A DNA stretch of 38,981 bases from the sequence record DRR723986_3469; one strand, written 5' to 3'. The notes beneath the pieces are model-generated. The model did no database searches. It was not told where the DNA came from and was given only the letters and a program-made list of their open reading frames with translations. Below are positions 35,175 to 38,981 of this stretch, piece by piece. The position numbers were made by a program, and so were the translations under genes. How positions within the stretch are numbered: position 1 is the first letter of the stretch; the number at the start of each line of letters is the position of its first letter.

Positions 35175-38174
35175 TTAGCTGCAGCCCATCGAAGCTCCAC
35201 AGTTGTGACAGAGGTAGCAGTTTCCGTTGCGGACTGTGATCGAACCGCAATTGTCACAGCTTGGTGCGTCGGACTGAAAACCAGCAAATTGAGAGTTGCG
35301 TGATTCACCCTGCGGCGGTTCCGCGACGGCAACTCCAGCTCGCTCTAAACTTCCGGAATCGATCTTGGCAGTCTCGCCAGCGTACTTGGCGGAAGTCGTT
35401 GTTTCAGGACTTTCCTCTCCACCATTGCCGCCCAACTTCGGTGCAGCCTTATCTGGTGCTGCGGAAATGCTCACCGCACCTGCTGGAGCGGACGTGTTGC
35501 CCAAAGTGGCTTCACGATATCCAGCCAAGAACGTAATTCCGAGCCAGCGGAAGATATAGTCCACCATACTCTTGGCGATGCGAATGTCTGGATTGGACGT
35601 GTGGCCCATCGGCTCAAACCGAGTGTGGCTGAACTTATTGACCAGCACTTCCAACGGAACACCGTACTGCAGCGACATCGACACAGCAGTTCCGAAGCTA
35701 TCCATCAGACCACCGACAGTCGATCCTTCCTTCGCCATCGTGATGAACAATTCGCCAGGTCGACCGTCAGGGTAAAGGCCAACATTCAAGTAGCCTTCGT
35801 GACCAGCGATGTTGAACTTGTGTGTCACGGACTGACGAGTGTCTGGCAATCGCTCACGACGCGGCTTGTAGACAACCTTTTCCTTGGTGACCGTCGCGCT
35901 CTCTTCACTGCTGGACGTATTCAGCGGTTGGCTCTGCTTCGAACCATCTCGGTAGATGGCGATTGCCTTCAAGCCAAGTTCCCAGCCCCAAGTGTAAGCA
36001 TCCGCAATGTCTTCTGCGGTTACGTCACTAGGCATGTTCACCGTCTTGGAAATCGCTCCGGAAAGGAACGGTTGAGCAGCCGCCATCATTTGCACGTGAG
36101 CTTGCCACGGAATGCTGCGAGTCCCCTTTTCAGGCTTGAATGCACAATCGAATACCCCCAAGTGCTCGTCCTTCAGGAACGGAGCTCCTTCGATGGTATC
36201 GTTGTCATCAACGTGCTCGATGATCGCCTTGATTTGATCTTCGTCATAGCCGAGCGTTTCGAGTCCCAGAGCGACGCTATTGTTGACGATCTTTAGAACG
36301 CCACCACCAGCAAGCTGCTTGTACTTGACCAAAGCAATGTCAGGTTCGATTCCGGTTGTATCGCAATCCATCATGAAACTGATCGTTCCAGTTGGTGCTA
36401 ATACTGTGGCCTGGGCATTGCGATACCCGTACTTGTCACCCAGTTCAACAACCTTGTCCCACAAGTCGCGAGCGGCTTGCTTGAGGTAGTCTGGTCCCGC
36501 GTCATCAATCTCTTCAACAGCATCGCGGTGCATGTTCATCACACGCTTCATCGGCTCGCTGTTTGCTTCGTAGCGAGCGAACGGTCCAACGACACCAGCC
36601 ATCTCAGCACTTGCCAAGTTCCCAGCACCGTGCAACAGCGATGTCAACGATCCACAAATGCCGCGAGCTTCGTCAGAATCGTAAGCGGCACCGGCGGTCA
36701 TAATGAGACTGCCGAGGTTGGAGTAACCGAGCCCAAGCGGTCGGTACAAGTAGCTGTTCTCTGCGATTTCAGGAGTTGGATAGCTGGCGTGGCTGACCAA
36801 AATTTCCTGAGCGATAAAGTAAATCCGGCACGCCGCAGTGAAGCCATCAACGTCGAACGTACCGTCTTCGTTACGGAACTTCATCAAGTTGATGCTGGCT
36901 AGGTTGCAAGCAGTGTTGTCCAGGAACATATATTCTGAACAAGGGTTGCTGGCGTTGATCGGTCCAGAATTTGGACATGTGTGCCAATCGTTGATCGTGG
37001 TGTCGTACTGAACACCTGGATCACCACAGTGCCAAGCACACTCGGCCATTTGATTAAGCACATCGCGAGCTGGGAACGATGGAGGAGTCCCGTCCGCTTT
37101 CTCGCTTACCCAAGTTGTCTGCCACTCTCCTTCGTTTTTGACCGCTTCCATGAAGTCATCGGTAACTCGCACCGATAGGTTTGCATTCTGGAAGAAGACC
37201 GACGAGTAAGCTTCGCCGTTGAAGTTGCGCTCGTAACCTTCGCGGATCAGCGCGTGCGCCTTTTGCTCTTCACGCCACTTGCACTGGATAAAGTCCATGA
37301 TGTCTGGGTGAGTGACCTTGAGCGATTGCATCTTGGCAGCTCGCCGCGTCTTACCACCACTCTTCACAACGCCCGCGATCGAATCGTAGACCTTCATGAA
37401 AGACAGAGGGCCGGACGGCGTTCCACCACCAGATAGCTTCTCAAGTCGTGAACGAATGGTTGTTAGGTCGGTGCCAGTTCCGCTACCGAATTTGAACAGC
37501 ATCGCTTCGCTGCTAGCCAGACGCATGATGTCCTCCATGTTGTCATCAACACTTTGGATAAAGCACGCCGACCCTTGCGGGTACTCATATGGGTTTTCAG
37601 GCTGTTCGACGACGGCCGTTTCCGGATTGTAATTCCAAGTGCAAGGAGCACCTGTGACGCCGTATTCCTGGAACAAGCCAACGTTGAACCAAACCGGCGA
37701 GTTGAATGCACCGTGCTGGTGCAGGCAAAGCCAAGAGAGTTCGTTGTAGAAGTTCTCACCAGCTTCAGCGGATTCGAAATAACCGTCGGCGATGCCCCAA
37801 TCAGCAATCGTCCGCGTTACACGGTGAATCAACTGTCGAACGCTAGTCTCACGTTCTTCGGTTCCCGGCTCGCCGTAGAAGTACTTACTAACAACCACGT
37901 TCGTCGCAAGCTGACTCCAAGTCTCTGGCACTTCGCAATCGGTCTGCTCAAAAAGAGCTTTGCCAGATTCATCCTTGATCGCAGCACTACGTAGTTCGTA
38001 GCGAACCGTATCGAAGGGATTTGTATTCTCAGGGCAGAACCGTGACTCAATTTTGAGCCCACCGGTTGTCGCCTTGGCAGCGCGAGAGTTGCTGCGAGGC
38101 TTCGAGGACGCTGAGCGTCGGCCAGACTGCGATTTCACATTGCGGCCTTTACGTCCAAGTTCAACTGTCGCCAT
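35175..38174 (-). CDS. nrdJ: Vitamin B12-dependent (class II) ribonucleotide reductase
   Basis: FNSPVWFN; SACFI; GGKTRRAAKM; radical site NASNPCSEY; APTGTIS; AISKTVN; YRDGSK; TSCPD domain; C-terminal Cys zinc ribbon. ATG 38174 with GAAGGAG SD. Confidence 0.98.
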   Translation of the reverse strand: MATVELGRKGRNVKSQSGRRSASSKPRSNSRAAKATTGGLKIESRFCPENTNPFDTVRYELRSAAIKDESGKALFEQTDCEVPETWSQLATNVVVSKYFYGEPGTEERETSVRQLIHRVTRTIADWGIADGYFESAEAGENFYNELSWLCLHQHGAFNSPVWFNVGLFQEYGVTGAPCTWNYNPETAVVEQPENPYEYPQGSACFIQSVDDNMEDIMRLASSEAMLFKFGSGTGTDLTTIRSRLEKLSGGGTPSGPLSFMKVYDSIAGVVKSGGKTRRAAKMQSLKVTHPDIMDFIQCKWREEQKAHALIREGYERNFNGEAYSSVFFQNANLSVRVTDDFMEAVKNEGEWQTTWVSEKADGTPPSFPARDVLNQMAECAWHCGDPGVQYDTTINDWHTCPNSGPINASNPCSEYMFLDNTACNLASINLMKFRNEDGTFDVDGFTAACRIYFIAQEILVSHASYPTPEIAENSYLYRPLGLGYSNLGSLIMTAGAAYDSDEARGICGSLTSLLHGAGNLASAEMAGVVGPFARYEANSEPMKRVMNMHRDAVEEIDDAGPDYLKQAARDLWDKVVELGDKYGYRNAQATVLAPTGTISFMMDCDTTGIEPDIALVKYKQLAGGGVLKIVNNSVALGLETLGYDEDQIKAIIEHVDDNDTIEGAPFLKDEHLGVFDCAFKPEKGTRSIPWQAHVQMMAAAQPFLSGAISKTVNMPSDVTAEDIADAYTWGWELGLKAIAIYRDGSKQSQPLNTSSSEESATVTKEKVVYKPRRERLPDTRQSVTHKFNIAGHEGYLNVGLYPDGRPGELFITMAKEGSTVGGLMDSFGTAVSMSLQYGVPLEVLVNKFSHTRFEPMGHTSNPDIRIAKSMVDYIFRWLGITFLAGYREATLGNTSAPAGAVSISAAPDKAAPKLGGNGGEESPETTTSAKYAGETAKIDSGSLERAGVAVAEPPQGESRNSQFAGFQSDAPSCDNCGSITVRNGNCYLCHNCGASMGCS

Positions 38175-38496
38175 CCTAATAAGCTCCTTCGATCGTTGAA
38201 AACTGGTACTGATAACCTCGACGCTCAACTTCGTTTACCAACGCTTTGCCAGCATTTAGCGTGCGGAAAATTCGGCTACCCTGGCGATGACTCCAAGGTG
38301 AATCGGAAATGGGTGCGCAGCTATAAAGGACAGGCGTCGCTTCCATGCAAGTAGCTTGGTAATGAATTGAGACGTGAACCGTTATCTAAATTGCAGCCAT
38401 CATGGTTGCTTCCATTGTCTCTTCGTGGGCAATTCCGTTTGGATCTCCGCCCTAGTAAGACTCCGTAACGCGTTTCTGCGGCAACCCGAAACCGAA

Positions 38497-38543
38497 CCAC
38501 TATGGATTGTGTATCGGTTAATTGCGAGCACCACATCTAGCGT
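38497..38543. promoter_or_regulatory. Tandem NrdR boxes
   Basis: ccactatggattgtgt (38497-38512) and gcaccacatctagcgt (38528-38543) versus consensus acaCwAtATaTwGtgt; starts 31 bp apart; directly downstream of the promoter. Confidence 0.85.
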
Positions 38544-38552
38544 TTGGGCGTG

Positions 38553-38580
38553 AGTTTACAGGATCTTCTTTCGCTGTCAA
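38553..38580 (-). promoter_or_regulatory. Sigma70-type promoter of nrdJ
   Basis: Minus strand TTGACA (38580-38575)-N16-TAAACT (38558-38553), abutting the NrdR boxes. Confidence 0.8.
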
Positions 38581-38936
38581 ATTCAGCTCACAAGGCGGAA
38601 CATGTAGCTTTTTGCAGGCCTTGAGTGCTTCATTCCGTCTGGCGAAAATACGCCCTTGAGAATCACCGAAGTCCTAACCTGAAGTCGTTGAAGAGTTTGT
38701 GAAGATTTGAAGAGCGGTTAAGCACGGCGTTGCACACCGAGCCAAGTTTTTCGAAAAAAAACAGAACAGCCTTCAAAGCCGCCGAACTTTGGCGACACTT
38801 TGCCAAAACCCGCAGATCTCGCCTTCGCCGCAGGCAACCCAAACCGCCACTTCTTCGCCACTCTTCTAAGGGTTCGTGTTGCCGCGCGCAGCACCTGCCA
38901 TGGAACATGCGACGCTAGCAGAGATGTAGAGACCAA

Positions 38937-38981
38937 ATGCCCTCTACCGGTCGCGAGCGAATCGTAACCGCCGCGAGCGAA
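38937..38981 (+). CDS. Possible start of a TetR-family regulator (truncated by the window edge)
   Basis: MPSTGRERIVTAASE resembles the first helix of TetR HTH domains (RERI..AA.ELF); only 15 codons are visible. Confidence 0.45.
   Translation, partial: MPSTGRERIVTAASE

Noticed and set aside
35175-38174. Intein or intron in nrdJ
   Set aside because: Catalytic motifs are contiguous at normal spacing, with no splice-junction or homing-endonuclease motifs.
38175-38496. Cobalamin riboswitch upstream of nrdJ
   Set aside because: No recognisable B12 box or GCCACUG/GGGAA core; such switches normally control B12-independent RNRs.
38321-38936. Short ORFs 38321-38536, 38663-38908, 38718-38936 and 38730-38918
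   Set aside because: They overlap the NrdR boxes or each other in a regulatory intergenic region and have no protein-like features.

Overview
Chromosomal window, most likely from a planctomycete (Pirellulaceae-like; inferred from the gene repertoire). It holds about 27 protein genes and no rRNA, tRNA, CRISPR array or mobile element. Left to right: a truncated anti-sigma factor and its ECF sigma factor with an autoregulatory-type promoter; a large MMPL/RND transporter; rho with an R/G-rich N-terminus; a secreted thioredoxin-YHS protein; a metallophosphoesterase; an alpha/beta hydrolase; a translationally coupled MoxR-DUF58-BatA/B(C)/D/E operon with a greatly enlarged BatB-BatC fusion; a TrmH methyltransferase; LRR and membrane proteins; an ADP-ribosylglycohydrolase; L-serine dehydratase; a di-heme cytochrome c peroxidase; a Lacal_2735-like small protein; a degenerate GGDEF-like protein; and class II ribonucleotide reductase nrdJ with a sigma70 promoter, tandem NrdR boxes and a terminator. 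The main signals missed by the ORF track are: (1) about 660 nt upstream of rho tiled by roughly 16 hairpins and bounded by a TTGACA-N16-TAATAT promoter, either a giant structured leader or an ncRNA; (2) an unannotated 55-aa protein with 8 Cys at 27919-28086; (3) a peroxidase whose first heme motif and signal peptide can be reached only from a non-canonical ATC start, and whose conserved inter-heme Trp is replaced by His; (4) a branched RNA-like element at 10281-10399. All calls come from reading the sequence by eye; no searches or folding programs were run.
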